UHGV virus genome: UHGV-0163616
DNA length: 35,419 nt
Source of the DNA: a virus
Direction: 5' to 3' (one strand)
Position numbers and translations under genes: made by a program. Below, one piece after another: positions 20,058 to 28,647 of the stretch (position 1 is the stretch's first letter; each line of letters starts with the position of its first letter). The notes beneath the pieces were generated by a model. The model did no database searches. It saw nothing but the letters and a program-made list of their open reading frames with translations, and had not been told where the DNA came from.

Positions 20058-20681
20058 CTAACGTGTGACCGCGTTCAAAATGTTGTCTGCAATTGACTCT
20101 TCCTTGTGGCATTGCACCACCAGAGCGTCATACAGCGGCTTAACAGTGCGTGACCAGGTGGGTTGAGTAAGGTTTGGGATTAGCATCGTTACAGCGCGAT
20201 ATGCGGCGCTTGCTGGCATTCTTGAATAGCCGACACCTTTGCATCTTCCGCACTCTTTCTCGACAACTCTCCCCCACTGCTCTGTTTTTGCTATATCAAC
20301 CGCACGACCTGTACCGTGGCAATCTCTGCATCTTGCGCCCGGCGTCGCGGCACTACGGCAATAATCCGCATAAGCGAATGTTGCGAGCACTTGCAGTACC
20401 TTTGCCTTAGTATTTCCTTCAAGCTTTGCCACGCCACGGTATTTCCCCGATACCTTGTGTGCAAATTGCATCAGATAGTTAATAGCCTTTTGTTTGTCGT
20501 TCTGGCTGAGTTCGTGCTTACCGCAGAATGCAGCCATTCCGAATCCGGCTTGTGATTGCGCCATCCCCATAGCAGCCATCACATCAGTACCGGAAAGAGA
20601 GTCAGAAGCCGTAGCCCGTGGTGAGTCGCTCATCATCGGGCTTTTTGGCGAATGAAATTTAGCTACGCTTTCGAGTCTCAT
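20058..20681 (-). CDS. Q: Late-gene antiterminator Q (lambda type)
   Basis: 207 aa; matches remembered lambda Q essentially end to end. Confidence 0.95.
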   Translation of the reverse strand: MRLESVAKFHSPKSPMMSDSPRATASDSLSGTDVMAAMGMAQSQAGFGMAAFCGKHELSQNDKQKAINYLMQFAHKVSGKYRGVAKLEGNTKAKVLQVLATFAYADYCRSAATPGARCRDCHGTGRAVDIAKTEQWGRVVEKECGRCKGVGYSRMPASAAYRAVTMLIPNLTQPTWSRTVKPLYDALVVQCHKEESIADNILNAVTR

Positions 20682-21343
20682 GCGCCTTCTCCCTGTACCT
20701 GAATCAATGTGAGGTTTCCGCAGAACACTGCGCCAGTATCGATATACATCTGGTTGGCAAATTTGAGTGGTTTCACTGCTGGCGTATGACCAAAGATGAA
20801 CGTGTCCGCGCCTTTGATTTCTTTCACGCTCCCGTCTTGTGAGTTGCTGATTCGTTCGCGGTTCCAGATTACCTGCTGATAATCAACTGGCTTTCCAAAT
20901 TCGTATTCGTCACAAGGATAATCGGCGTGGCAGATGACATATTTTTTACCTTTACTCACCAGTTCAATGATTAACGGAAGTTCATCTGCTTTATGGGCAA
21001 GAGCTTTAGCCAGAATTTCTTTGTCGTAATCGAGATTAAAGAACCAGCCACCGCCATTAAACAGCCAGTGATTGACGTTTCCACGCTCTGATAAGCCATC
21101 AATCATCATTTGCTCATGGTTTCCACGTACAGCTCTGAACCAGGGGAATGTGATTAATTCCAGGCATTCGACGTTCTCTGTACCGCGATCAACCAAATCG
21201 CCAACCGAGATAAGCAGGTCTTTTTTAGTGTCGAATCCTATCGTCTCCAGTTTTTTCATCAGGTTCGTGTAGCATCCGTGCAGATCGCCAACTACCCAAA
21301 TATTTCGGTATTTGCTGCCATCAATTTTTTCGTAATAGCGCAT
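20678..21343 (-). CDS. ninI: Ser/Thr protein phosphatase (lambda NinI / PPase)
   Basis: From internal ATG ([24 protein letters not shown]...) 221 aa, near-identical to remembered lambda phosphatase; GDLHG and GNHE metallophosphatase motifs. Confidence 0.9.
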   Translation of the reverse strand: MRYYEKIDGSKYRNIWVVGDLHGCYTNLMKKLETIGFDTKKDLLISVGDLVDRGTENVECLELITFPWFRAVRGNHEQMMIDGLSERGNVNHWLFNGGGWFFNLDYDKEILAKALAHKADELPLIIELVSKGKKYVICHADYPCDEYEFGKPVDYQQVIWNRERISNSQDGSVKEIKGADTFIFGHTPAVKPLKFANQMYIDTGAVFCGNLTLIQVQGEGA

Positions 21344-21527
21344 CTCTTTCACTCCATCCGCGATGAACCATGAGAACGTCGTTGACGATGGCGTGCATTT
21401 TCCCGTCTTTATCATCAACGTATTTTCTGACCGTACCGCGACTACATTTCAGTCTGCGTGCTACTTCTGTCTGGTTTCCGTATGCTTCAACGAGCATGTC
21501 TGGAATGGTTTTTACTGAGAACGTCAT
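21321..21527 (-). CDS. ninH: NinH
   Basis: 68 aa, matches remembered lambda NinH ([37 protein letters not shown]...). Confidence 0.9.
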   Translation of the reverse strand: MTFSVKTIPDMLVEAYGNQTEVARRLKCSRGTVRKYVDDKDGKMHAIVNDVLMVHRGWSERDALLRKN

Positions 21528-22135
21528 GCGGCCTCACTTCTGCTATTTCGCAGGTCTTTGAGTTTCTGTTGGTACTCTGCCTTGATCGCCTTGCACTCTT
21601 CGACAGTCCAGCGATGGCGGCTATGGTTTGATTCGATTTCGTCTACTGCTTCCTGCCCGATGCGGCTAATCAGTTCGACGCGATACGGAATGAGATTTCC
21701 GCTTTTGTGCTGGTTGCACACTACGCATTGCTTGTGAATATTGCGTTCATCAAATCGGAGTTGAGGTGCCGCAGCAGTTGTCCGGTAATGTCCGGCATCC
21801 CACTGAGCAGACGTGAGCGTTCCGCACGAGATACATGGTAAGTCGCGGTCTCTTTCTCTGATGAAGGCGTTTACGGCTTGTTGGGCTTGTTTAATCCAGT
21901 AACTGCGGGGCTTTAAGGCGAGTTTTCGAATCTTCAGTTTATCTTTCTGTTTCTGCTCCTCTCGTCGTCGTTTCTTCTCTGCTGCTTTTTCCGCTTTTTC
22001 GCGTTCTTTGCTTCGTCGTTCAAGTGCTATCTTTGTTCCACACTCTGGAGAGCACCACCACTGATTAGCGAATGCAGGGTGAAACCATTCCCGACATTCT
22101 TCGTTTTTACATCGTCTTCGCACTGGTTTAGCCAT
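21524..22135 (-). CDS. ninG: NinG (Rap) recombination/Holliday-junction endonuclease
   Basis: 203 aa; Cys-rich N-terminus and overall sequence match remembered lambda NinG. Confidence 0.9.
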   Translation of the reverse strand: MAKPVRRRCKNEECREWFHPAFANQWWCSPECGTKIALERRSKEREKAEKAAEKKRRREEQKQKDKLKIRKLALKPRSYWIKQAQQAVNAFIRERDRDLPCISCGTLTSAQWDAGHYRTTAAAPQLRFDERNIHKQCVVCNQHKSGNLIPYRVELISRIGQEAVDEIESNHSRHRWTVEECKAIKAEYQQKLKDLRNSRSEAA

Positions 22136-22304
22136 CGTCCTCTTCCTCGTACATTGAGCTATTCGGATCGCTCATCAGTTCTGCGCAGCAGTGCTCACAC
22201 ACGTGAACTTCCAGCACATGCAGCTTCTGACCGCAGTTAGCGCACGTTAAAGCCCGCTCGACGCTTTCTTTCTGGTATTGAAGAGCTTGGGATGGACTAA
22301 GCAT
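22128..22304 (-). CDS. ninF: NinF
   Basis: 58 aa from internal ATG ([40 protein letters not shown]...), matches remembered lambda NinF. Confidence 0.85.
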   Translation of the reverse strand: MLSPSQALQYQKESVERALTCANCGQKLHVLEVHVCEHCCAELMSDPNSSMYEEEDDG

Positions 22305-22704
22305 GGCTTTCACCATTAAAAAGTCGCTTGTAAGCATCAATGTCTCGTTTTGCTTCACCAAGCTTTCGTCTTAATTCCATGTTTTCTGATTCAAGCTTTT
22401 CCATATCTTGCTGGTATCGATCGCGGTGTTCTTTCCATGCTTTTCGATACGCCTTCATGTATGTCGTATTGGCCTTTCTCTTTGCCTGACGAACTGCATG
22501 GTGGTTTTTCACAAACCAGTCAGGGTCGTTAAATGCTGCTCTGGCACATGTATACCAATAATTTGTTGCCTCCCTGTTTAGCCAATAAATACTGATAAAT
22601 GGCAACCGGATTGACACCATTTTTCGTTGTGACTCTTTCTCGCCAAACATGTGCCCTTTTTTGATGCTAAGGCCAAATCCAGGTTGAATTAAAAGCATTG
22701 TCAT
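22297..22704 (-). CDS. NinX-like hypothetical protein (present between ninE and ninF in P22-type nin regions, absent from lambda)
   Basis: ORF start at 22704 forms an ATGA overlap with the ninE stop; about 135 aa, basic, coiled-coil C-terminus; name by position only. Confidence 0.55.
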   Translation of the reverse strand: MTMLLIQPGFGLSIKKGHMFGEKESQRKMVSIRLPFISIYWLNREATNYWYTCARAAFNDPDWFVKNHHAVRQAKRKANTTYMKAYRKAWKEHRDRYQQDMEKLESENMELRRKLGEAKRDIDAYKRLFNGESHA

Positions 22705-22877
22705 TTCCTCGCACGATGTCTTAGCCACCGGATATCCCACAGGTGAGCCGTGTAGTTGAAGGTTTTTACGTCAGATTCTTTTGGGATTGGCTTGCGTTTA
22801 TTTCTGGATCGTTTCGTTGGAAGGTATTTGCAGTTTTCGCAGATGATGTCGGTGATACTTCGTCGCTGTCGTCTCAT
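22701..22877 (-). CDS. ninE: NinE
   Basis: 58 aa from internal ATG ([40 protein letters not shown]...), matches remembered lambda NinE; ATGA overlap with ninB stop. Confidence 0.85.
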   Translation of the reverse strand: MRRQRRSITDIICENCKYLPTKRSRNKRKPIPKESDVKTFNYTAHLWDIRWLRHRARK

Positions 22878-23284
22878 TCGTACCTCCTGTCGGTAAATCT
22901 GACACCCTGACCAATAGCCCAAGCTGTTGTGTACTCGATCAGACTTGCCATACGCTTCACGCTCATCTGCGCGCTGCTTTCGCGAATGTTGACGTATTCG
23001 CCTTCAAGGCCGGGCAAAACATCAGCTTCCTGTTTTGTTGCCACTGCATGACCGCTGATCAACAAAACCTTCCATTGTTCTGGTTTTAACCATTTGCCGC
23101 ACCATTGAACCTGACGAGCGATATCCGCCAGCATCGCGTGAAATTTTGCGTTCTGGTCAAGATTTCGCTTGTAGTCAGTAATGCGGATGGTGACTGGCTT
23201 GTCTTTATCGAGAGGAGTTGCGAGGATGGCGTTGATTGCGGCTTGCTGTTGTTGCTTAGTTCGGAGGAATATTGTTTGCTTCAC
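22874..23284 (-). CDS. ninB: NinB recombination protein
   Basis: 136 aa; same architecture and several shared motifs with lambda NinB (LDQN.K, QV.W.G.WL); first of the nin cluster. Confidence 0.75.
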   Translation of the reverse strand: MKQTIFLRTKQQQQAAINAILATPLDKDKPVTIRITDYKRNLDQNAKFHAMLADIARQVQWCGKWLKPEQWKVLLISGHAVATKQEADVLPGLEGEYVNIRESSAQMSVKRMASLIEYTTAWAIGQGVRFTDRRYE

Positions 23285-23295
23285 TGAACACTCCT

Positions 23296-23487
23296 TTATT
23301 TTTTATGCCTGTAACCCCATTCTTCCAGCAACCTTGCGGCGTACCACCCAAGAAACAAAGGAAAGAACATTACAATGAGATATTCCCCGCCACGGTCAAT
23401 GTTCGAAATTGACCAGATTACGATGTAACCAGTGCAGGACAGGAATATTACAAACCCCAAAAAGCTACTTCGTCGACTCATGCTCAC
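23296..23487 (-). CDS. Small hydrophobic hypothetical protein
   Basis: 63 aa with two hydrophobic stretches; start overlaps upstream stop. Confidence 0.45.
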   Translation of the reverse strand: MSMSRRSSFLGFVIFLSCTGYIVIWSISNIDRGGEYLIVMFFPLFLGWYAARLLEEWGYRHKK

Positions 23488-23798
23488 TCCTTCACTTTGA
23501 TTCCAGCGGCGCGGATAGCCTCTACATCGCTTTCGTATTGCGATTCTGCACCTGAGTCATAGCCAATGTGATAATCACCGGGAAGTGGGTCTTTCTTTGG
23601 CTTTTGCAGCTCAATCTCGATAGCTGCTCGCGATGCCTGCCACGTTTGCCAGTGGCCTTGAACATCGACCATCACGTATTGACCACCAATATTACCGCTG
23701 CCAATTTCATGGTGATTTTCAGGGTAACGGATAAGGTCTGAAGATTCGCCCCCACGTCGCAACCAGCTTTCTTCAAACTGCTTTCTTGATTCGTCCAT
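23484..23798 (-). CDS. Hypothetical protein
   Basis: 104 aa acidic protein; no recognised motif; in the variable slot between replication genes and nin cluster where lambda has ren. Confidence 0.5.
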   Translation of the reverse strand: MDESRKQFEESWLRRGGESSDLIRYPENHHEIGSGNIGGQYVMVDVQGHWQTWQASRAAIEIELQKPKKDPLPGDYHIGYDSGAESQYESDVEAIRAAGIKVKE

Positions 23799-23815
23799 CG
23801 GTACTTACCCTCAGT

Positions 23816-24022
23816 TCAACTCACAAAACGCCACGCCATTTTTGCTACAGCGACAGGCATAACACCGATAATCACCCACAGGAAAATGCTACCGAAAAGC
23901 ACACCCACCAGGTATTTACCTTCGCCTACCAACCGGACAAAACAGCCAGCAACCACAATGAACGTCGCCACCATCCACAGAGCACCGAGAAGCCTCAATG
24001 CAGAGAAAATCAACTCAACCAC
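23816..24022 (-). CDS. Small two-helix membrane protein (GTG start)
   Basis: 68 aa, two strongly hydrophobic segments; GTG start preceded by GGGGGAGAG Shine-Dalgarno. Confidence 0.45.
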   Translation of the reverse strand: MVELIFSALRLLGALWMVATFIVVAGCFVRLVGEGKYLVGVLFGSIFLWVIIGVMPVAVAKMAWRFVS

Positions 24023-24039
24023 GATTTACTCTCCCCCAA

Positions 24040-24068
24040 ATAAAAAGGCCTGCGATTACCAGCAGGCC
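24040..24068 (-). terminator. Intrinsic terminator after helicase gene (tR2-like; GGCCUGC-UGGUAAUC-GCAGGCC then UUUUUAUUU)
   Basis: Perfect 7-bp stem and U-tract on minus strand about 30 nt after the helicase stop; read from sequence. Confidence 0.6.
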
Positions 24069-24097
24069 TGTTATTAGCTCAGTGATGTAGATGGTCA

Positions 24098-25534
24098 TCA
24101 GAATCCTCCTTTCTTCTTGGACTGCGGTTCCTCACGTTCACGACGGCGCATTTCAGCAGACTGTTGGTCTGTGTCATAAATAGCGCCATTTGCCTGAATG
24201 CAATACACCGTGCCGGTATTGCCATGACGATTGAGGCGAAGGATTAGTTCGGTTTCACCAGGAGGAACGCTGTCATCAAAAGCACCTTCACGATGGATCC
24301 CGACCCAATAATCGCAATCCTGTTCAATCTGCCCTGTATCTCGCGAGTCACTTGGTAATGGGCGTTTATTGGTTCGGCTTTCCAATGCGCGGTTAAGCTG
24401 TGTCAGAAGCACAACAACGCAATCAAGCTCTTTGGCAAGGTTCTTCAGTCCTTTGGTGATCATGCCGTAAGCAAGGTCGTTGCGATCGGCCTTCTCAGCG
24501 GTCATTAGTGTCAGGTAATCGACCAGAATCATGCCAACACATCCTTTTTCTCGCTTGATTCGACGGCTTTCGCTGACGATTTGAGCCAGAGATAATCCCG
24601 GCGTGTCGTCGATGTAAAGCAGGTCGATTTCACTCAAGCGATTGGCTGTTTCGATCGCCCTGTTGAAGTCACCATCGTAATCACCCTGATAGCCGTCATC
24701 GGCGTCATTTGTCGCAGGAAGGTAAAAAATATTCGGGTTAACACCAGACTTCTGCCCTACCAGTTTTTCCAGTATCTGGTCACCTGGCATTTCAAGGCTG
24801 AACATCAGAGCGGGCTTTTTCTCATGCACTGCGCAGTTGATTGCCATCTGGCTGTATAGCGTCGTTTTCCCCATCTTAGGGCGAGCGCCAATGACAAACA
24901 GAGAGCCTTTCACCAGACCTTTCGGTGACAGCATCCTGTCCAGCGATGGGATCCCTGTGCTCATTCCTCGTTGTTCTCCTGACGGGTCAAATCGCTTCTC
25001 AAGGTCGCTAACCCAGTCTTCCATGACCTCACCAAATGAGCGAAGGCCGCGACGCGATCCGGTTTTTGCATGGTCTGTCAGTTGCGTGAAAATCGCCTGA
25101 ATAGCTTCGTACTTCTGCGTTGCAGTCATTCCATTGCGTGAATAGAGCAATTCCGTCGCTTCAGTCATGCGGTTGATGGCGTAGCGTTCCATTGCGGTTT
25201 CACGAACCTGCATTGCATAGGCAACGATGTTTGCTGCGCTTGGCGTGTTCTTTGCGATCTCAGCGATATAAGCAAAACCGCCAACAGACGCCGTTAACGA
25301 TTTACGCTCCAGTTCATCGAAAAGCGTCAGGCCATCTACTGGCTTTTGCTCCCGGTGCATTCTGGTTATTTCTTCGAAAATGATTTTGTGTGGTCGGCTG
25401 TAAAATGAATCGGGCTTCAGCATCGCCAGAACTTTCTGGACGCGCTCACTGCTGTCATCATCCAGAAGCAATCCACCAATCACCGCCTGCTCTGCCTCGA
25501 TGCTATGGGGCGGTGCATAAAAATTATCGGTCAT
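24098..25534 (-). CDS. Replicative DNA helicase, DnaB family (P22 gene 12-like)
   Basis: Walker A GARPKMGKTT, Walker B LILVDYL, DnaB N-terminal IEAEQAVIGGLLLD; start placed at ATG 25534 (ORF-track start 25549 is a GTG). Confidence 0.9.
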   Translation of the reverse strand: MTDNFYAPPHSIEAEQAVIGGLLLDDDSSERVQKVLAMLKPDSFYSRPHKIIFEEITRMHREQKPVDGLTLFDELERKSLTASVGGFAYIAEIAKNTPSAANIVAYAMQVRETAMERYAINRMTEATELLYSRNGMTATQKYEAIQAIFTQLTDHAKTGSRRGLRSFGEVMEDWVSDLEKRFDPSGEQRGMSTGIPSLDRMLSPKGLVKGSLFVIGARPKMGKTTLYSQMAINCAVHEKKPALMFSLEMPGDQILEKLVGQKSGVNPNIFYLPATNDADDGYQGDYDGDFNRAIETANRLSEIDLLYIDDTPGLSLAQIVSESRRIKREKGCVGMILVDYLTLMTAEKADRNDLAYGMITKGLKNLAKELDCVVVLLTQLNRALESRTNKRPLPSDSRDTGQIEQDCDYWVGIHREGAFDDSVPPGETELILRLNRHGNTGTVYCIQANGAIYDTDQQSAEMRRREREEPQSKKKGGF

Positions 25535-26414
25535 CGTGTTCACCCTCACGAACTTTCAGGTAGGTATTGTCGTTAAGCAGGAAATCAAATCCCTTTTTGT
25601 GCCAGACGGTTCCGCGTTGATGGTTTGGACGCTCTTCGAACATCCATCGGCAATTTTCGCCTACGTAGCTCAAATAATTTCTCCAGTCCTGCATCGTGAA
25701 CCCATGCCCGTCAAGCTGGCGGGTTATCACTCCGGCTTTGCGCCAGAACGTTCGGATCTGGTTTTTACGCTTGTCATTCAGTGCGCGGATTCTTGGCGCT
25801 TCAGGAAGGATTTCGTGGTAAGCATCGACAACATCCTGACAGCTAACGGAAGGTTTTTTCTTGTCAGACTTTTTGTCTGCTGTGGCACTCTCTAATACGT
25901 CAGTATTAGAGATATTATTTATATTATTGTTTATGGACAACCGTTGGACAACCGTTGGACAATCTCCGCTGAGAGCCGCGCCATTACTGGTGTTTGCGTT
26001 GGACAACCGTTGGACAATCGTTGGACAATTTTTTGCTTGAAAATCGTCATATTTAACGATTGTAAACAGGCTAAATTTCTTCCCCATCGAGCAAATATTA
26101 AGCATCCCTTTCGACTCAAAAGTCCGTAATAAGCTCCGAACTTTGTTGTCGGGGATGAATGTTTCTCTGACCAGCGACGGGCGTCCAGTTATCATCTGAC
26201 CGCGATCAACAGTTATCGGACCGATATCCGTATTGACGACAGTAGATTCGTGATTAGCCTTGAGGATTAAGTGAAGCCAAAGATGTACTGCCTGAGAGTC
26301 CTTATAGAGCCTGCTGTCCATAAACTGGCGGTGTATAGAGACATACCCCATACTGGATGCCTCCTGATGTTGTACAGGGTTATGCCTGTAATCAGCTAAC
26401 TTAACGACTCCCAT
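25524..26414 (-). CDS. Replication initiator (O-like; P22 gene 18-like) carrying the origin iterons
   Basis: 296 aa; immediately upstream of the helicase; contains two clusters of direct DNA repeats plus an AT-rich tract in its middle, as in ori-lambda within O. Confidence 0.75.
   Translation of the reverse strand: MGVVKLADYRHNPVQHQEASSMGYVSIHRQFMDSRLYKDSQAVHLWLHLILKANHESTVVNTDIGPITVDRGQMITGRPSLVRETFIPDNKVRSLLRTFESKGMLNICSMGKKFSLFTIVKYDDFQAKNCPTIVQRLSNANTSNGAALSGDCPTVVQRLSINNNINNISNTDVLESATADKKSDKKKPSVSCQDVVDAYHEILPEAPRIRALNDKRKNQIRTFWRKAGVITRQLDGHGFTMQDWRNYLSYVGENCRWMFEERPNHQRGTVWHKKGFDFLLNDNTYLKVREGEHDDR
25933..26070. repeat. Phage replication origin: 2 x 3 tandem 11-bp iterons (TTGGACAAYYK) separated by 33 bp, followed by an AT-rich tract
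   Basis: Iterons at 25933-25965 and 25999-26031 then TTTTTTGCTTGAAAATCGTCATATTTAACGATTG; read directly from sequence. Confidence 0.75.
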
Positions 26415-26562
26415 GTTTCACTCCTGCTTTGGCTAGTCTGTAAACACCAACAAGGCGCTCTGCGAACGCCCTGTTATTTGCTGCGGCTACCACTAATCCC
26501 TCAGGTGAATCAGGGTGTCGAATCTCTTCTTTTTCCTGGTATTTCTTACGACGTTTTGTCAT
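26401..26562 (-). CDS. Small basic hypothetical protein between cII and the initiator gene
   Basis: 53 aa ORF (MTKRRKKYQEKEEIRHPDSPEGL...) not in the ORF track (under 60 aa); ATG preceded by AGGAG with 7-nt spacing. Confidence 0.4.
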   Translation of the reverse strand: MTKRRKKYQEKEEIRHPDSPEGLVVAAANNRAFAERLVGVYRLAKAGVKHGSR

Positions 26563-26596
26563 AATTACTCCTGTGGATTGATCCAGTCTTTCTACA

Positions 26597-26875
26597 TCAG
26601 GCCTCGAAGAATTCGCCGTTCTTCGGGGCTTTTTCTTTTGTCAGCATTCTGGCTACTTTCTTAGCCAGTTCCGCCAACTCCTCGTCTTCAACACCCCACT
26701 CCAGTACAGCCAGAAGCATGGCCATCTTTGGGATAAAGCTGTCTTTCCATCGCGAAATTTGCGATTCATTGATCCCTAATGCATCAGCAACCTTTCGCTG
26801 ACCACGTACAGCAATTCGATTCAGGATGTTGCTTGTAATTGCATTCGCTTTCTTGCGAGTACTTGTAAGTTCCAT
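26597..26875 (-). CDS. cII: CII-like transcriptional activator
   Basis: 92 aa; core SQISRWK......MLLAVLEWGVEDEELAELAKKVA aligns with lambda CII (SQISRWKRDWIPKFSMLLAVLEWGVVDDDMARLARQVA). Confidence 0.85.
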   Translation of the reverse strand: MELTSTRKKANAITSNILNRIAVRGQRKVADALGINESQISRWKDSFIPKMAMLLAVLEWGVEDEELAELAKKVARMLTKEKAPKNGEFFEA

Positions 26876-26923
26876 ATGTAAGTATTTCCTTAACTAATAA
26901 GAAGTTATGCGCATCAACTTATG

Positions 26924-26967
26924 CGCGTTGTATTCCCGCATTTCGGCGGGAATGAGGACCATGACTG
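26924..26967 (-). promoter_or_regulatory. nutR: boxA (CGCUCUUUAACA) and boxB hairpin (UCCCGC-CGAAAU-GCGGGA)
   Basis: On the minus strand between cro and cII; boxA matches the rrn/P22-type consensus; boxB sequence identical to the nutL copy. Confidence 0.65.
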
Positions 26968-26983
26968 TTAAAGAGCGGTGTTA

Positions 26984-27178
26984 CTATTTGTTTTTCTTGT
27001 TGCTTGGGAAAGGACGAACTTCCTCTCCAATCACACTGCCATCAGGCTTTACCGTAACCATGATGTTACGGCCTGCCAGAATGGCCTTGCTGATAGCGCA
27101 CTGGATTACACCAAAGTCACTGGCTGCTTTAGCCTGTCCATGGATTTTGGCGTAATCGGCAAGTGTCATTCGAATCAT
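26984..27178 (-). CDS. cro: Cro repressor
   Basis: 64 aa from ATG 27178 ([36 protein letters not shown]...[16 protein letters not shown]) aligns with lambda Cro; ORF-track start 27184 is a GTG. Confidence 0.85.
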   Translation of the reverse strand: MIRMTLADYAKIHGQAKAASDFGVIQCAISKAILAGRNIMVTVKPDGSVIGEEVRPFPSNKKNK

Positions 27179-27207
27179 ATGCACTCTCCGTTATTAACCA
27201 TGAACAA

Positions 27208-27278
27208 AGAATACTACAGGTATTCAAAGCAATCAATACTCAGGGTATTTTTAGTTTAAGTACCTTAGCTATTAGAAT
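27208..27278. promoter_or_regulatory. OR region: three 17-bp operators (two perfect 6-5-6 palindromes AATAC-N5-GTATT at 27209-27225 and 27234-27250, a degenerate third at 27258-27274) with divergent PR and PRM
   Basis: PR on minus strand: -35 TTGATT (27231-27236), 17-bp spacer, -10 TATTCT (27208-27213). PRM: TAGAAT at 27273-27278, 6 nt before the cI ATG, implying a leaderless cI mRNA as in lambda. Confidence 0.65.
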
Positions 27279-27284
27279 TAAGCT

Positions 27285-28001
27285 ATGGAAAATAAAAAAT
27301 CACTGACGACAGAACAGCTGGAAGACGCTAAGCGGCTTAAGGCTTTGTATGAGTCAAAAAAGAAAGAATTGGGAATAACCCAATACTCAATCGCTGATGA
27401 ACTGGGTATCACCCAAGGAGCGGTAGGGCATTATCTTAATGGCAGAAATGCGCTAAACGTTGAGGTTGCATCTGGTTTTGCACGATTGTTGCAAGTCTCA
27501 ATTGCTGATTTTAGCCAGTCAATTGCTGCCAAGGTTGCAGAACAGGCAGAAAGCCTTAAGAGCGATGCCAACGTAAGGTATGCAGGGGAATACAGAGCAG
27601 GAAAGAGGTATCCGGTGTTAAGCAGTATCCAGGCTGGCTCGTGGTGTGAAGCATGCGAACCATACACCATTAAAGACATAGATGTTTGGCTTGAGTCTGA
27701 CGCGCATATTCAAGGTAATGCGTTCTGGCTTAAAGTGGAAGGTGATTCAATGACGGCACCGGTTGGGTTAAGCATTCCAGAGGGAACATTCGTTCTTTTC
27801 GATACCGGAAGGGAGGCGATCAACGGCAGCTTGGTCATAGCAAAACTTTCTGACTCTAACGAAGCAACATTCAAGAAGCTGATAATCGACGGCGGAAATA
27901 AATACCTCAAGGGACTTAATCCTGCATGGCCTCTCGTGCCAATCAATGGAAACTGCAAGATTATAGGCGTTGCAATTGAGACAAAACTAAGGCTGGTTTG
28001 A
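27285..28001 (+). CDS. cI: CI repressor (HTH plus S24 LexA-like autocleavage domain)
   Basis: 238 aa; N-terminus resembles lambda CI; C-terminal domain (KRYPVLSSIQAGSWCEACEPYTIKDIDVWL...FWLKVEGDSMTAP...GNCKIIGVAIE) resembles 434 cI; Ala-Gly cleavage site and Ser/Lys dyad context present. Confidence 0.9.
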   Translation: MENKKSLTTEQLEDAKRLKALYESKKKELGITQYSIADELGITQGAVGHYLNGRNALNVEVASGFARLLQVSIADFSQSIAAKVAEQAESLKSDANVRYAGEYRAGKRYPVLSSIQAGSWCEACEPYTIKDIDVWLESDAHIQGNAFWLKVEGDSMTAPVGLSIPEGTFVLFDTGREAINGSLVIAKLSDSNEATFKKLIIDGGNKYLKGLNPAWPLVPINGNCKIIGVAIETKLRLV

Positions 28002-28387
28002 TCACGCAAGGGGCGATTATGGTTGGAACCGCTATAGCAAGCTTTTTGGGGATGTTGGCAATCTCAACAATTTACGGCTTAGCGCATGCTTTTATTGCGA
28101 AATCTCTATCAGAAAAAATAAGCCAGGCTTGGGCGCATAGATCAGCTCGTTTCATGATTCTGGTGATCATGGCAATACAAGGGATATCTGCATTTATCCT
28201 CTATGGATCAAGCTTATACCTATTGTATCAAGGCGCGACATTTACGCCTTACACCAGTGATTACGGAACTCTATACGATGGTAGTGAAGACATCTCTATG
28301 GCTTGGATCATCTTTGGTTTATCTATGGCCGTGTCTGTTGTAGCAGACATCATTAAGGTAATTCTCGTCTTAACCTTCGCTGACTAA
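27998..28387 (+). CDS. Small polytopic membrane protein translationally coupled to cI (occupies the rexAB slot between cI and OL)
   Basis: 129 aa with about 4 hydrophobic helices; ATG overlaps the cI stop (ATGA); no recognisable family from sequence alone. Confidence 0.6.
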   Translation: MITQGAIMVGTAIASFLGMLAISTIYGLAHAFIAKSLSEKISQAWAHRSARFMILVIMAIQGISAFILYGSSLYLLYQGATFTPYTSDYGTLYDGSEDISMAWIIFGLSMAVSVVADIIKVILVLTFAD

Positions 28388-28517
28388 CTCATAATCCCGG
28401 CAGCAATAGCTATCGGGATCCACTTCACATATCCCGCATAAAAAGCACTGAACAAGCAGACACCGAAAAAATAAATATCCTTTGTATTCATTTGCTTATC
28501 ATTATTTCACCAAAAAT

Positions 28518-28560
28518 AAATACCTTGGGTATTTACACAATAAAATACCTACAGTATTCT
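28518..28560 (+). promoter_or_regulatory. OL operators (AAATAC-CTTGG-GTATTT at 28518-28534; AAATAC-CTACA-GTATTC at 28543-28559) overlapping PL
   Basis: Same half-site consensus and 25-bp centre spacing as the OR sites; PL -35 TTTACA (28532-28537), 17-bp spacer, -10 TATTCT (28555-28560), pointing rightward into N. Confidence 0.65.
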
Positions 28561-28605
28561 TTAGCCATCAGCAGGACGCTGGAAGCCAAACGGAACAGAT
28601 TGGCA

Positions 28606-28647
28606 GGCTCTTTAACATTGATGGGATTGTCCCGCCGAAATGCGGGA
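28606..28647 (+). promoter_or_regulatory. nutL: boxA (GGCUCUUUAACA) and boxB hairpin (UCCCGC-CGAAAU-GCGGGA)
   Basis: Located between PL and N; boxB identical to the nutR copy. Confidence 0.65.

Noticed and set aside
25931-26129. ORFs 25931-26119 (minus) and 25944-26129 (plus) across the repeat region
   Set aside because: They are read through the origin iterons inside the initiator gene on other frames or strand; repeat-generated artefacts, not genes.
26899-26916. Hairpin GCGCAT-AAGTTG-ATGCGC between nutR and cII as a tR1 intrinsic terminator
   Set aside because: Stem is short and the downstream tract on the minus strand is only weakly U-rich; tR1 in lambdoid phages is typically Rho-dependent, so this cannot be called from sequence.
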